A program made the translations under genes and the position numbers. Shown piece after piece: positions 28,071-42,095 of a stretch of 64,000 bases of DNA (the stretch's first letter is position 1; each line of letters begins with the position of its first letter). Below the pieces are notes generated by a model. That model was not told where the DNA came from and did not search any database. It worked only from the letters and a program-made list of their open reading frames with translations. The DNA is from an uncultured bacterium (GTDB taxonomy: Bacteria > Omnitrophota > Omnitrophia > Omnitrophales > Abzuiibacteriaceae): the NCBI GenBank assembly GCA_964387845.1, contig CAYLXA010000004.1, forward strand, positions 128,001 to 192,000. Direction: 5' to 3'.

Positions 28071-28676
28071 ATGAGTTATTTGGTGCCGATGGTCATTGAG
28101 CAGACGGGGCGCGGCGAGCGTGCTTACGATATTTATTCACGGCTGTTAAAAGACCGGATTGTGTTTATCGGCACGCCGATTGATGATTTGGTCGCCAACA
28201 TCATCATTGCGCAGATTTTGTTCCTCCAAATGGATGATCCGACGAAAGACATTAATGTTTACGTTAACTCGCCGGGCGGATCGGTGACAGCAGGCCTTGC
28301 GATTTACGACACAATGCAGTTTGTAAAATGCAACGTCGCCACTTACTGCGTCGGCCAGGCTGCCAGCATGGGCGCTCTTCTTTTGACGGCCGGCACGAAG
28401 GGCCGGCGTTTCGCGCTTCCGAATTCGCGCGTGATGATTCACCAGCCGTGGGGCGGCGCGCAGGGAACCGCGAGCGATATTCATATCCAAGCGACCGAGA
28501 TTCTGAAAATGAAAAAGAATTTGAATGAAATCCTGGCCAAGCATACCGGCCAGCCCTTGGAGAAAATTGAAAGAGATACAGACCGCGATCATTTTCTCTC
28601 AGCCGAAGAAGCAAAGGCTTACGGCCTTGTGGATGAAGTGATTACCACTGCACCGGGCAATCCCGGCAAAAAATAA
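28071..28676 (+). CDS. clpP: ATP-dependent Clp protease proteolytic subunit
   Basis: The catalytic triad context (GQAASMGA with Ser, HQP with His) is present, and an SD (ggagg) lies upstream. Confidence 0.9.
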   Translation: MSYLVPMVIEQTGRGERAYDIYSRLLKDRIVFIGTPIDDLVANIIIAQILFLQMDDPTKDINVYVNSPGGSVTAGLAIYDTMQFVKCNVATYCVGQAASMGALLLTAGTKGRRFALPNSRVMIHQPWGGAQGTASDIHIQATEILKMKKNLNEILAKHTGQPLEKIERDTDRDHFLSAEEAKAYGLVDEVITTAPGNPGKK

Positions 28677-28689
28677 CCTTACGGGAAAA

Positions 28690-29853
28690 ATGCCGAATCG
28701 TCATATCTTATTGACGCCTGGACCGACACCGCTTCCTCCGGAAGTTCTGAAAGTCCTGAGCGAGCCGATTTCTTATCACCGGACGCCTCAAGCCCGAAAA
28801 ATGATCGGCGAAGCTACCGCAATGCTGAAAGAATTATTTCAGACGAGCGCGGATGTGTTCACTATCACAAGTTCCGGCACCGGCGCAATGGAAGCGAGCA
28901 TGGTTAATTTTCTTTCACCAGGCGATAAGATCATTACGGCGCATGCCGGAAAATTCGGCGAGCGGTGGGCGAAGCTGGCGAATCACTATGGGTTTCAGGC
29001 AATCGAAATCAAGGCGCCTTACGGTTCTGCCGTTAAGCCGCAGGAAATCGAAAAAGCGCTTCGCGAAAATCCGGATGTCAAAGCGGTTTACATCACGCTC
29101 TGCGAAACCTCAACAGGCGTTAATCATGATGTCCAGGCCGTCGGAAAAATGGTTTCCAAAACGAAAGCCATCTTGATCGTGGATGCAATCAGCGGTTTTT
29201 TGGCAGATCCTTTGGAACAGGATGCCTGGGGGATTGATGTGGTGGTGACCGGTTCTCAAAAAGGCTTGATGGTGCCTCCCGGCTTGAGTTTTTTCAGTGT
29301 CAGCAAAAAGGCGTGGGCGCTTTATGAATCGTCTAAAACCAAAAAATTTTATTTGGACCTGAAACTTTATCAAAAGGCAATGGCCGATTCCGATACGCCG
29401 TTTACGCCGGCGATTACGCTCATTGCTGCTCTTCACAAAGCACTAGAAATCATCAAAAAGAAGGGTCTTAAGAAACATTTGGAAGAAACGGCACATCTTG
29501 CGGATGCGACACGCGCCGCCATGAGCGCTCTGGGGCTTGAGTTGTTCGCCAAAGAGCGGATTTCAAATGTAGCCACGGCTGTCATTGTTCCGGAAGGTGT
29601 TGATGGCGGGAAGCTTGTTAAAACCATGAGGGACGAACACGGCGTCACAATCGCGGGTGGCCAGGGAGAAATGAAGGGCAAAATTTTCAGAATAGCGCAC
29701 ATGGGCCATATTGGCGAGCAAGATTTGATCACGGGAATCGAAGTGCTTTGCACGGTCCTCAATCAATTAAAGTACACCTGCGATGCCAAAAAGGCTGTGG
29801 CAGCGTTTCGTGCGGCGTTAAAAGACAAAAAAACGTCCAAAATCGGTGTTTAA
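28690..29853 (+). CDS. class V pyridoxal-phosphate aminotransferase (phosphoserine / serine-glyoxylate aminotransferase type)
   Basis: An aminotransferase class V fold with a PLP Lys region (SGSQKGLMVPPG). It sits immediately upstream of serA, suggesting a SerC role. Confidence 0.7.
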   Translation: MPNRHILLTPGPTPLPPEVLKVLSEPISYHRTPQARKMIGEATAMLKELFQTSADVFTITSSGTGAMEASMVNFLSPGDKIITAHAGKFGERWAKLANHYGFQAIEIKAPYGSAVKPQEIEKALRENPDVKAVYITLCETSTGVNHDVQAVGKMVSKTKAILIVDAISGFLADPLEQDAWGIDVVVTGSQKGLMVPPGLSFFSVSKKAWALYESSKTKKFYLDLKLYQKAMADSDTPFTPAITLIAALHKALEIIKKKGLKKHLEETAHLADATRAAMSALGLELFAKERISNVATAVIVPEGVDGGKLVKTMRDEHGVTIAGGQGEMKGKIFRIAHMGHIGEQDLITGIEVLCTVLNQLKYTCDAKKAVAAFRAALKDKKTSKIGV

Positions 29854-29865
29854 AAGGAAACAAAT

Positions 29866-33533
<3,668 letters not shown>

Positions 33534-33541
<8 letters not shown>

Positions 33542-34328
33542 ACTTTCGCAGCTGGCTAAGAGGTTGTTTATTTCAGCGGTTCTCAGCGCTATTTCACTTT
33601 ACGCGATTTTCGGAGCGCCAAACTGGTTCTTTGTCATTATCGTAGAGGCTTTTGTCATCCTGAGCATGTTGGAGTATTTCAATTTAGCAGAGAAGGCAGG
33701 GCTTCAGATTAACCGCTATTTGGGGCTTGTGTTTGCGGTTTTATTTCCACTATCGTATTCACGGCCTGCGGAATCGCTTATTTTCATGGTCGCCGTGCTC
33801 TGTATTTTTATTTTTAATTTCCATCGCCGCTTGAAAGATCAGGCGCTCATGAACACGGCAGTTACCCTATTCGGATTGCTTTATGTGGCATGGTTTTTTT
33901 CATTTATGACTAAGTTGAAATGGCTTGAACACGGCAGTCTTTGGATTTTTTATACGCTTTTGGTCGTGAAAGTCGGTGATGCGGGCGCATATTTTATCGG
34001 AAAAAAATTCGGAACGCACAAACTTATTCCGCACATCAGCCCGAACAAATCAATTGAAGGTGCCGTGGCCGGATTGGCGGTATCCGTGATTTGTTCGGTG
34101 CTTTCGAAAAGCTATTTACCGCACATTGATGTTTCCGCGCTCTTTTATCTTGGAATTATTATCGGTGTTTTGGCTCAATTGGGCGATTTAGCCGAGAGTT
34201 TGATTAAGCGCGGCGTGGGCGTCAAGGATTCCGGCAATTGGCCGGGCCTTGGCGGTATCTTAGATGTCATAGACAGTCTTTTATTCACAACGCCGGCTGT
34301 TTATTACTTTGTGCGGATGTTTCAATAA
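33534..34328 (+). CDS. cdsA: phosphatidate cytidylyltransferase
   Basis: A polytopic membrane protein carrying the CDS signature region (SxxKRxxGVKDSG), in the conserved uppS-cdsA-dxr-rseP order. Confidence 0.8.
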
Positions 34329-34343
34329 ATTTGGCAACACGCT

Positions 34344-35507
34344 ATGAAAAAAAACTGTAAACCCATTTCGATTATCGGCTCAACTGGGTCTATCGGGCAA
34401 AGTACGATCCGGGTTTTGAAGGCTCATCCTGGAAAATTCAGGATTACAGGCTTGGCTGCCCGCAGCAATGCCGAAGCTCTTTTTGAGCAAGCTGCCGAAT
34501 TCCGGCCTCAGGTTGTCTGTCTTTATGAAACCGAGAAAGCTGCCTGGCTTGAGAAAAAGCTGAGCAAATTAAAAATCAAGTTGGTCACCGGTCCGGAAGG
34601 GCTGTCGGCGGTGAGTTGCCAGCCGGATGTAGAGCAAGTTATTTTTGCCGCGGTTGGGGCGGTCGGTTTGAAATCAATTTTTGATGCGGTGAATGCCGGA
34701 AAAGATGTTGCGGTTGCGAACAAAGAGCCGCTGGTGATGGCAGGCGAGCTTTTAATGCGGCGCGTCAAAGAAAAGAACGTTAATTTTCTGCCGATTGACA
34801 GCGAGCATTCGGGGCTTTGGCAATGTTTGGAAGGCAGGCCGAAAGAAAGTGTGGGTAAATTGTTTCTCACGTCTTCCGGGGGCCCTTTTCTGGATAAATC
34901 AATTTCGCTTAAGAATGTGACGCCGGAGAAAGCACTCAAGCATCCAAAGTGGAAAATGGGGCCCAAGATTACGGTTGATTCCGCAACACTGATGAACAAA
35001 GGCCTGGAAGTGATTGAGGCTGCAAATTTATTCGGCGTGCCGGTTGATCAAATCGGCGTTTTAATTCATCCGCAAGCCGTCGTGCATGCCTTGATTGAAT
35101 TTGTGGACGGTTCTATTCTTGCTCAGCTCGGTATTACCGATATGCGGCTCCCGATTCAATACGCGCTCAGCTACCCGTCGCGGCTTGTCAATACGCTTCC
35201 GACGCTTGATTTAACGCAGGAGGCCAATTTTGAATTTAAGAAACCCGACACAAAGCGGTTTCCGTGCCTTCGATTTGGGTACGAAGCGAAGCGTGCCGGC
35301 GGAACGATGCCGGCAGTTTTAAATGCGGCGAATGAAGTGGCCGTTGACAAGTTTTTGAGCCGAGAGATTGGTTTTACGGACATCCCAAAAATAATTGAAA
35401 AAACTTTAGAGCATCACAGGCCTCAAAAAAATCCTTCGCTTGAACAAATCATAGAGGCGGATCTTGGGGCCAGGGAAGAAGCGGAAAGGTTTGCGGCAAC
35501 ATGTTAA
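34344..35507 (+). CDS. dxr: 1-deoxy-D-xylulose 5-phosphate reductoisomerase
   Basis: N-terminal GSTGSIG and conserved DSEHS and LTSSGGPF motifs. Confidence 0.9.
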   Translation: MKKNCKPISIIGSTGSIGQSTIRVLKAHPGKFRITGLAARSNAEALFEQAAEFRPQVVCLYETEKAAWLEKKLSKLKIKLVTGPEGLSAVSCQPDVEQVIFAAVGAVGLKSIFDAVNAGKDVAVANKEPLVMAGELLMRRVKEKNVNFLPIDSEHSGLWQCLEGRPKESVGKLFLTSSGGPFLDKSISLKNVTPEKALKHPKWKMGPKITVDSATLMNKGLEVIEAANLFGVPVDQIGVLIHPQAVVHALIEFVDGSILAQLGITDMRLPIQYALSYPSRLVNTLPTLDLTQEANFEFKKPDTKRFPCLRFGYEAKRAGGTMPAVLNAANEVAVDKFLSREIGFTDIPKIIEKTLEHHRPQKNPSLEQIIEADLGAREEAERFAATC

Positions 35508-36592
35508 CACAATTAATTCCTACTTTAATCATTCTCGGTTTTTTAATTTTTGTGCACGAATTGGGGCACTTTCTGGCGTGCCGATGGTCTGGCGTTGCGG
35601 TTGAAAAATTTTCGATCGGATTCGGCCCCGAAATTCTGAAATGGAAGGGAAAAAGCACCGAATACGTCATCTCGATCATCCCGCTCGGCGGATTTGTGAA
35701 GCCGAAAGGCGAGTCATTCAGCGAGCTCAAACAGGGCTCGCTTCAAAAAGGTGATTTTTTGGCAGCGCCAAAATGGAAGCGGCTCGTGATTTTAATGGCC
35801 GGTGTCGCGATGAATTATTTGTTCGCGTTTTTGCTTTTGGTTCCGGTATTCCAAATCGGATTTCCAGTGCTGAAATCAAAAATCGGCGGATTTGTGGAAG
35901 GATACCCGGCCCAAGCAAGCGGATTACGCGTCGGTGATGAAGTAACGGCCGTGAACGGGCAGCCGGTTTCCAATTGGCAGGAGATGACGCTGGCAATTTT
36001 TGATAACGAAAAGCCGAGCTTGGCCTTATCCGTTAAGCGCGGTAGTGAAATAGTTGACGTTGTGATCGAGCCAAAGCAAGATTCGGCACAAGATGTTTTT
36101 GGCGACAAAAAGCAAGTGTCCAGGATCGGCGTTACGCCTTCTAATGAATATGATCCGGTTTCCTTTCCGTTTCTCACATCAGTTCAAAAGGCGTTTGATG
36201 CAACGGTCACAACCACCGTTCTCACGCACAAAGCCATTTGGCGGCTTGTAACAGGCCGGCTTTCCGTAAAAACCTTAAGCGGCCCAATCGGCATTATGGC
36301 GATGGCCGGTGCGGCGAGTGAGATGGGCCTCGTACCGCTTTTACAGCTCACGGCCATGATCAGTATTTCTCTGGCTGTAATCAATTTACTGCCGATTCCG
36401 GCTTTGGACGGTGGCCATATTTTATTTTTATTGGTTGGCTGGGTGCGCGGACGCGAGGTGAGCCATCAGACGCAGGAACGTGTTACACAAATAGGTTTCG
36501 CTTGCCTCATGGCTTTGATGGTTTTCGTGATTTATAACGACCTCATTAATGTCGGCGCATTCGACAAATTAAAAACACTTTTCGGCGGTTAG
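35501..36592 (+). CDS. rseP: RIP zinc metalloprotease (site-2 protease RseP)
   Basis: HExxH in TM1 (HELGHF), a PDZ domain and a C-terminal LDGG motif. Confidence 0.85.
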   Translation: MLTQLIPTLIILGFLIFVHELGHFLACRWSGVAVEKFSIGFGPEILKWKGKSTEYVISIIPLGGFVKPKGESFSELKQGSLQKGDFLAAPKWKRLVILMAGVAMNYLFAFLLLVPVFQIGFPVLKSKIGGFVEGYPAQASGLRVGDEVTAVNGQPVSNWQEMTLAIFDNEKPSLALSVKRGSEIVDVVIEPKQDSAQDVFGDKKQVSRIGVTPSNEYDPVSFPFLTSVQKAFDATVTTTVLTHKAIWRLVTGRLSVKTLSGPIGIMAMAGAASEMGLVPLLQLTAMISISLAVINLLPIPALDGGHILFLLVGWVRGREVSHQTQERVTQIGFACLMALMVFVIYNDLINVGAFDKLKTLFGG

Positions 36593-36594
36593 CC

Positions 36595-38310
36595 ATGCGC
36601 TGGCGGCACACTTTAATCCCAACTCTGCGGCAAATTCCAAAGGAAGCAGAGGCCACGAGCCACCAGCTGCTTCTCAAAGCCGGCTTTATCCATAAACTCT
36701 CTTCAGGCGTCTACAGTTACTTGCCGCTCGGTCTGCGGGTTTTGCAGAAAGTATCGAAAATTATCCGCGAGGAAATGGCGCATGCCGGATCTGACGAGCT
36801 TTTGATGCCCTCGCTTCATCCTGCCGAGCTTTGGAAGAAAACAGGCCGCTACGATGCGCTCGGTGGTGATAAAATTTCGTTCAAGAACCGTTCCGAACAG
36901 GAATTTGTTCTCGGCCCGACGCACGAAGAAGTGATCACCGATTTGGTGGCTTCCTATATACAATCCCACAATCAGCTTCCGGTTTCGCTTTATCAAATTC
37001 AAACCAAGTTCCGCGATGAATTAAGGCCGCGGTTCGGCATCGTTCGGACCAAAGAATTCATCATGAAAGACGCTTACAGTTTTCACGCATCCGAAGAGGA
37101 TTTGGACAAAACATATGACAAAATGTATGAAGCGTACAAACGGATTTATGCGCGTTCGGGTCTCAGTTTTGAAGTGGTCGGCGCGGATACGGGGATTATG
37201 GGCGGTAAAGTATCGCACGAATTTATGGTGAGAAGCCCTTACGGCGAAGACCATATCGCGATTTGTGCCAAGTGCAAAACCGCGACCAGCCGCGATATTG
37301 CCATGCGGAAAGTGGATGAAAAGGCCTCGGTAAAACAATCAGATCAAAAACCGATCGAAATTTTTGATACGCCGAATTTAAGAACGATTCAGGAAATCTC
37401 CGGTAGATTTTCAATTCCGGCAGACAAAATTGTAAAGACCATTTTGTATTATGCCGACGGAAAACCGGTTGCGGCACTCGTTTCCGGATCAAGCGATGTG
37501 AATGAATCGAAGCTTAGAAAAGTACTCAGCGCCGGCCAGCTTACGCTTGCAACGGCAGAACAAATCCGAGAACTGACCGGATCGCCCGTCGGATTCAGCG
37601 GTCCTGCCGGACTGAAAAATGTACAAATTGTAGCGGACGGCGATGTTGCTTTGATGAGCAATTTTGTAACCGGCGCCAATCAAAAAGACAAACATTGCCG
37701 CAATGTTAATCTGGGCCGCGATTTTAAAGCGGATTTAATCGCGGACATTCGATATGTCAAAGAAGGGGATGTGTGTGCTGCGTGTGGGTCTTCTTATGAA
37801 TTGGTAACCGCGATGGAAATCGGCCACACATTCAAGCTGGGTATTCGCTACAGCAAGGCGCTTTCGGCCAATTTCAAAGATGAAAAAGGCGAAGAAAAAC
37901 CCATGATCATGGGCTGCTACGGTATTGGTGTTAACCGTATCATGGCCGCATCCGTTGATCAACATCATGACGAGAAGGGAATTGTATGGCCAAAAGCCAT
38001 TGCGCCGTTTGACATTGAAATCATTACTGTTAACCAGCAAGATGAAAATTCCGCCAAAGTTGCCGAAGAGTTGCTCAGTTTTCTTGAAAAAGAATCGCTC
38101 AGTGTTTTGTATGACGACCGGGATGAGCGCGCAGGCGTTAAATTTAACGATGCGGACCTTGTCGGAATCCCGGTTCAGGTGGTTGTGAGTGAACGAAATT
38201 TGGCAAAGGGCGAACTGGAAGTGAAAACCCGTTTCGACCGGAAATCTTCGATGGTTAAAAAGTCCGAATTTTTGGATACGGTCCGCCAAATTTTAAAATC
38301 AGTCCCATAA
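36595..38310 (+). CDS. proS: proline--tRNA ligase
   Basis: Class II aaRS motifs, an editing-domain insert and a C-terminal anticodon-binding domain. 571 aa. Confidence 0.9.
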   Translation: MRWRHTLIPTLRQIPKEAEATSHQLLLKAGFIHKLSSGVYSYLPLGLRVLQKVSKIIREEMAHAGSDELLMPSLHPAELWKKTGRYDALGGDKISFKNRSEQEFVLGPTHEEVITDLVASYIQSHNQLPVSLYQIQTKFRDELRPRFGIVRTKEFIMKDAYSFHASEEDLDKTYDKMYEAYKRIYARSGLSFEVVGADTGIMGGKVSHEFMVRSPYGEDHIAICAKCKTATSRDIAMRKVDEKASVKQSDQKPIEIFDTPNLRTIQEISGRFSIPADKIVKTILYYADGKPVAALVSGSSDVNESKLRKVLSAGQLTLATAEQIRELTGSPVGFSGPAGLKNVQIVADGDVALMSNFVTGANQKDKHCRNVNLGRDFKADLIADIRYVKEGDVCAACGSSYELVTAMEIGHTFKLGIRYSKALSANFKDEKGEEKPMIMGCYGIGVNRIMAASVDQHHDEKGIVWPKAIAPFDIEIITVNQQDENSAKVAEELLSFLEKESLSVLYDDRDERAGVKFNDADLVGIPVQVVVSERNLAKGELEVKTRFDRKSSMVKKSEFLDTVRQILKSVP

Positions 38311-38381
38311 TTTTCCCAAAAACGCGTTTTTGACTTGTTTTATGCTTGACTTATTATCTGTATTCTTTTAGAGTGTCGAAC

Positions 38382-39713
38382 ATGAGCGAGCCGAAAAATT
38401 TCCAAACCGGACAAAAGGCAAAATTAGTTTTACCCGAAACAACTCTTGAGATGCCGATCATTGAAGGCGTCGAGAAAGAGCGGGCGATCGACATTACCGA
38501 GCTCAGAGCCAAGACTTCCTATATCACGATGGATCACGGTTATATGAACACCGGGTCCTGCACGAGTGCGGTAACATTTATCGACGGCGATAAAGGCATT
38601 TTGCGTTATCGCGGCATTCCCATTGAGCAGCTTGCCGAAAAGGCTACATTTGTTGAAGTGGCTTATCTCTTAATCCACGGCGAGCTTCCGACCCAGGCAG
38701 AACTGAATGATTTTAGGAGTCTTTTGACCCGTCATTCTATGATCCATGAGGATATGAAGCGCTTTTTTGACGGATATCCGAGCTCGGCGCATCCGATGGC
38801 GATGCTTTCTGCGATGGTTTGCTCGCTTTCTGCGTATTACCCCGAGACGCTTAGTAAGAATCACAGCCGGGAAGAGTTTAATGTAACTGCAACCCGCCTC
38901 ATTGCCAAAGTACGCACAATCGCTGCATTTTCTTATAAAAAATCGATAGGACAGCCCTTTGTGTATCCGCAGGATAAACTGACGTATTGCGCCAATTTCC
39001 TCAACATGATGTTTGCGGTTCCAAACCGCGAATATGTGATTGATGAAATGCTTGTCGAAGCGTTAAATTTATTGCTCATCTTGCATGCCGATCACGAACA
39101 GAATTGCAGCACATCGACCGTCCGGCTGGCCGGAAGCAGCCAGGCAAATATTTTCGCTTCCATTTCGGCCGGTATTTGCGCATTGTGGGGCCCTTTGCAT
39201 GGCGGCGCCAACCAGGCCGTGATTGAAATGCTGCAAGTTATTCAAAAAGACGGCGGCGATATTAAAAAGTGCCTTGAAATGGCCAAAGATAAAAATTCAA
39301 CGTTTCGTTTGATGGGTTTTGGGCACCGGGTTTACAAAAATTTTGACCCGCGCGCGAAAGTGATCAAGAAAATGGCTGACAAGCTCCTTCATAAAATGCA
39401 AATCAAAGATCCGCTTTTAGATATCGCCATGCAGCTCGAAGATGCGGCTCTCAAGGATAGTTATTTTGCGGAGCGCAAGCTATATCCCAATGTGGATTTC
39501 TATAGCGGCATTATTTACCGCGCGCTCGGCATTCCGGTTGATATGTTTACGGTAATGTTTGCGATCGGCCGCCTTCCGGGCTGGATTGCGCATTGGAAAG
39601 AAATGATGGAATCCTCAGATACAAAAATCGGGCGCCCGCGCCAAGTTTATACCGGTTCGACGATCCGTGATTACGTTCCGATTGAGCGCCGGAGCGGTAA
39701 GCCCCGCAAGTAA
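38382..39713 (+). CDS. gltA: citrate synthase
   Basis: A conserved GFGHRVYK catalytic His motif. The start is moved to ATG at 38382 (MSEPKNF) instead of the track's TTG at 38346. Confidence 0.85.
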   Translation: MSEPKNFQTGQKAKLVLPETTLEMPIIEGVEKERAIDITELRAKTSYITMDHGYMNTGSCTSAVTFIDGDKGILRYRGIPIEQLAEKATFVEVAYLLIHGELPTQAELNDFRSLLTRHSMIHEDMKRFFDGYPSSAHPMAMLSAMVCSLSAYYPETLSKNHSREEFNVTATRLIAKVRTIAAFSYKKSIGQPFVYPQDKLTYCANFLNMMFAVPNREYVIDEMLVEALNLLLILHADHEQNCSTSTVRLAGSSQANIFASISAGICALWGPLHGGANQAVIEMLQVIQKDGGDIKKCLEMAKDKNSTFRLMGFGHRVYKNFDPRAKVIKKMADKLLHKMQIKDPLLDIAMQLEDAALKDSYFAERKLYPNVDFYSGIIYRALGIPVDMFTVMFAIGRLPGWIAHWKEMMESSDTKIGRPRQVYTGSTIRDYVPIERRSGKPRK

Positions 39714-39786
39714 TTCCTCTTAGCTCTTCCTTTAAGTCTTTTGGCCAATTTGGCGATACATAATGAAATACTGATGCCAAATTACC

Positions 39787-40581
39787 ATGAAAAAAGCCGC
39801 ACTTTACCTGGTACAGGGACCTCTTAACACAGTCCACAAATTGCTGACAGAGCTCGGTGAAATAACTTTATTCACCAAGACGGCTCTCGTTTCTGCTCTC
39901 ACACCGCCTTACAAGCGCACCATTACGCAATGCCAGATGAACGACATCGGCGTTGGTTCACTGCCGATTGTGACACTGACAGGCCTTTTTATGGGTCTTG
40001 TGCTCGCGCTTCAAAGTATTGTCGAGCTTCGAAACATCGGTGCCACAAGCTATATCGGCCGCGCGATCGGAACGACCGTGATCCGCGAATTGGGCCCTGT
40101 TTTGTCTTCAATGATGGTTGCCGCGCGCGGCGGCTCTGCGATTGCAGCCGAGCTGGCGTCGATGGCGATTGGCGAACAAATCGATGCGCTGCGGGCAGAA
40201 GGAAGTGATCCCGTTAAAAAGCTCGTAGAGCCGCGTCTTGTGGCTTGCACGCTCATGATGCCGGTTTTGACCACGATCTGTGACCTGGTGGCTTTTGTGG
40301 GAGGATGGCTGGTTGCCCTAACGGTGATCCAGATTTCTTCATTTTTTTATTGGGATACTGTCTTGAGCGTCTTGACCCCGGCCTATATTTTGGGCGGCCT
40401 TGTAAAATCTCTCACATTCGGGTTTATCATCGGAATTGTTGCGTGTTATTCCGGAATGAAGACAAGTTTCGGCGCCACCGGTGTCGGCGAAGCGACCACA
40501 CGGGCCGTTGTGCTGGCATCGATTTCCATTCTGGCCGTCGACTTTTTGTTAACCAAAATTTTCATTGTGACGTGGTGGTGA
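39787..40581 (+). CDS. mlaE: phospholipid ABC transporter permease MlaE
   Basis: An MlaE-family permease in mlaE-mlaF-mlaD order. Confidence 0.8.
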   Translation: MKKAALYLVQGPLNTVHKLLTELGEITLFTKTALVSALTPPYKRTITQCQMNDIGVGSLPIVTLTGLFMGLVLALQSIVELRNIGATSYIGRAIGTTVIRELGPVLSSMMVAARGGSAIAAELASMAIGEQIDALRAEGSDPVKKLVEPRLVACTLMMPVLTTICDLVAFVGGWLVALTVIQISSFFYWDTVLSVLTPAYILGGLVKSLTFGFIIGIVACYSGMKTSFGATGVGEATTRAVVLASISILAVDFLLTKIFIVTWW

Positions 40582-40629
40582 CCATGGCTTTCATTGCAGG
40601 TTGTTTGGTTATTCATCAAAGTCACGGTC

Positions 40630-40659
40630 ATCCTAATTTTCTGATCGGTAAATTAGGAT
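40630..40659 (+). promoter_or_regulatory. intra-operon hairpin (10-bp perfect inverted repeat atcctaattt / aaattaggat, 10-nt loop) 8 nt upstream of mlaF start
   Basis: Read directly from the sequence. There is no downstream T-tract, so it is not a canonical terminator. Confidence 0.3.
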
Positions 40660-40666
40660 TACCGAT

Positions 40667-41434
40667 ATGACCAAAGTCCCAGAGAATTTAGCCGTTGAAA
40701 TGGAAAACGTAACACTCAGTTACGGCGGCGACGATGTTTTGCGGGAAGTGACGCTCAAGATTAAGCCGGGCGAAACCAAAGTCATCTTGGGCCCGAGCGG
40801 CGTCGGGAAAAGCACGATTTTGAAGGCGATTCTCGGAATATTAAAGCCGAAAACGGGCCGAGTCCGTATTTTTGGCGAAGATATTACGGATCTAAGCGAA
40901 CAGCAGCTTGTACGGGTTCGCCGGCGGGTTGCGATGGTGTTTCAGGGTGGCGCGCTTTTTGACTCAATGAGTGTTGGTGAAAATGTCAGCTTCCGCCTTC
41001 GGGAGTTCAACATGGGGACTCCGTCTGAAATCGATGAGCGCGTGAACGAAGTTTTGGATTTCGTTGGCTTGAAGAACGCTAAAAAATTGAACCCCGCACA
41101 GCTTTCGGGCGGCATGAAGAAGCGGGTGGCGATTGCGCGCGGCCTTGCGCCAAATCCTGAAATATTTTTGTTCGATGAGCCGACGGCAGGCCTTGACCCG
41201 CTCAACACTTATAACATTGAGCAGCTGGTGATGCGCCTTAAAAAAACAGGAAAGGCATCCATCGTCATCGTCACGCATGATGTGAAGAGTGCGCTGCTGG
41301 TGGCAGATTCCATTGTAATGGTGCATGAAGGAAAATTTATTTTTGAGGGGACCCCGAAAGATATTCAGCACGAAAAAGATAAGCGGATCCGCTTGTTTTT
41401 GGATCCCGAGAATTGTTTGAAAGCCGAACTGTAA
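40667..41434 (+). CDS. mlaF: phospholipid ABC transporter ATP-binding protein MlaF
   Basis: Walker A GPSGVGKST, LSGGMKKR and Walker B LFDEPTAGLD motifs. Confidence 0.8.
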   Translation: MTKVPENLAVEMENVTLSYGGDDVLREVTLKIKPGETKVILGPSGVGKSTILKAILGILKPKTGRVRIFGEDITDLSEQQLVRVRRRVAMVFQGGALFDSMSVGENVSFRLREFNMGTPSEIDERVNEVLDFVGLKNAKKLNPAQLSGGMKKRVAIARGLAPNPEIFLFDEPTAGLDPLNTYNIEQLVMRLKKTGKASIVIVTHDVKSALLVADSIVMVHEGKFIFEGTPKDIQHEKDKRIRLFLDPENCLKAEL

Positions 41435-41450
41435 ACAAGGAGACAGCAAA

Positions 41451-42095
41451 ATGGATCAGCACGATAAGCGTAACAAAATGAACAGTTTCCGGGTAGGCCT
41501 CATGTCTCTCATTGCCATTGGCGCGGTGATTACGGGAATTATTTTCGCAGGCGGCGATAAGGGGCTTTTATTCGCGAAGCGATCGATTGTAAATGCCAAA
41601 ATGTTCGATGTTGGCGGCCTGAAAACCGGATGCCCCGTTACGATCGGCGGTATGACAATCGGGAAAGTGACCGGCATCCGTTTTGACGAGGTCTGGACAT
41701 CAAAACAAATCGAAGTGACGATGGAGATCCGGCAGGATGTGCGCGGCCGGATTAAAGAGGATTCGGTGCCGAGCATCCGGACGCAAGGCATGCTGGGTGA
41801 CCGCTATATTGAAATTTCAATGGGAAGCGATGAATCGCCGATGCTTCCGGAAGGGCAGCCGATCGTCGGAAAAACGGTGACGGATTTTGATGAAACCATT
41901 TCGCAGGCCCATTCTGTACTGCAGGAATCCGAAACGCTCTTAGTGGCAATTAACGAACAGAAAGGCACGATCGGCCGGTTTGTGCATGATGAACAACTCT
42001 ATACGCGGATTGTTGAGATTGCCGATGAAATCAAAAACCTGGTGCAGGATTTCAAGAAGCAGCCGCGCCGCTATTTAAAGTTTTCCGTCTTTTAA
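41451..42095 (+). CDS. mlaD: MCE-domain periplasmic component MlaD
   Basis: An N-terminal TM anchor followed by an MCE domain, downstream of mlaEF. Confidence 0.75.
   Translation: MDQHDKRNKMNSFRVGLMSLIAIGAVITGIIFAGGDKGLLFAKRSIVNAKMFDVGGLKTGCPVTIGGMTIGKVTGIRFDEVWTSKQIEVTMEIRQDVRGRIKEDSVPSIRTQGMLGDRYIEISMGSDESPMLPEGQPIVGKTVTDFDETISQAHSVLQESETLLVAINEQKGTIGRFVHDEQLYTRIVEIADEIKNLVQDFKKQPRRYLKFSVF

Noticed and set aside
40964-41449. 161-aa antisense ORF opposite mlaF, and similar antisense ORFs at 13100..13624, 34523..34999, 53188..53724 and 37735..38289
   Set aside because: Each is fully embedded antisense to a strongly supported conserved gene (mlaF, the DsbA-like gene, dxr, the RND pump, proS), and none has an RBS or recognisable motifs.
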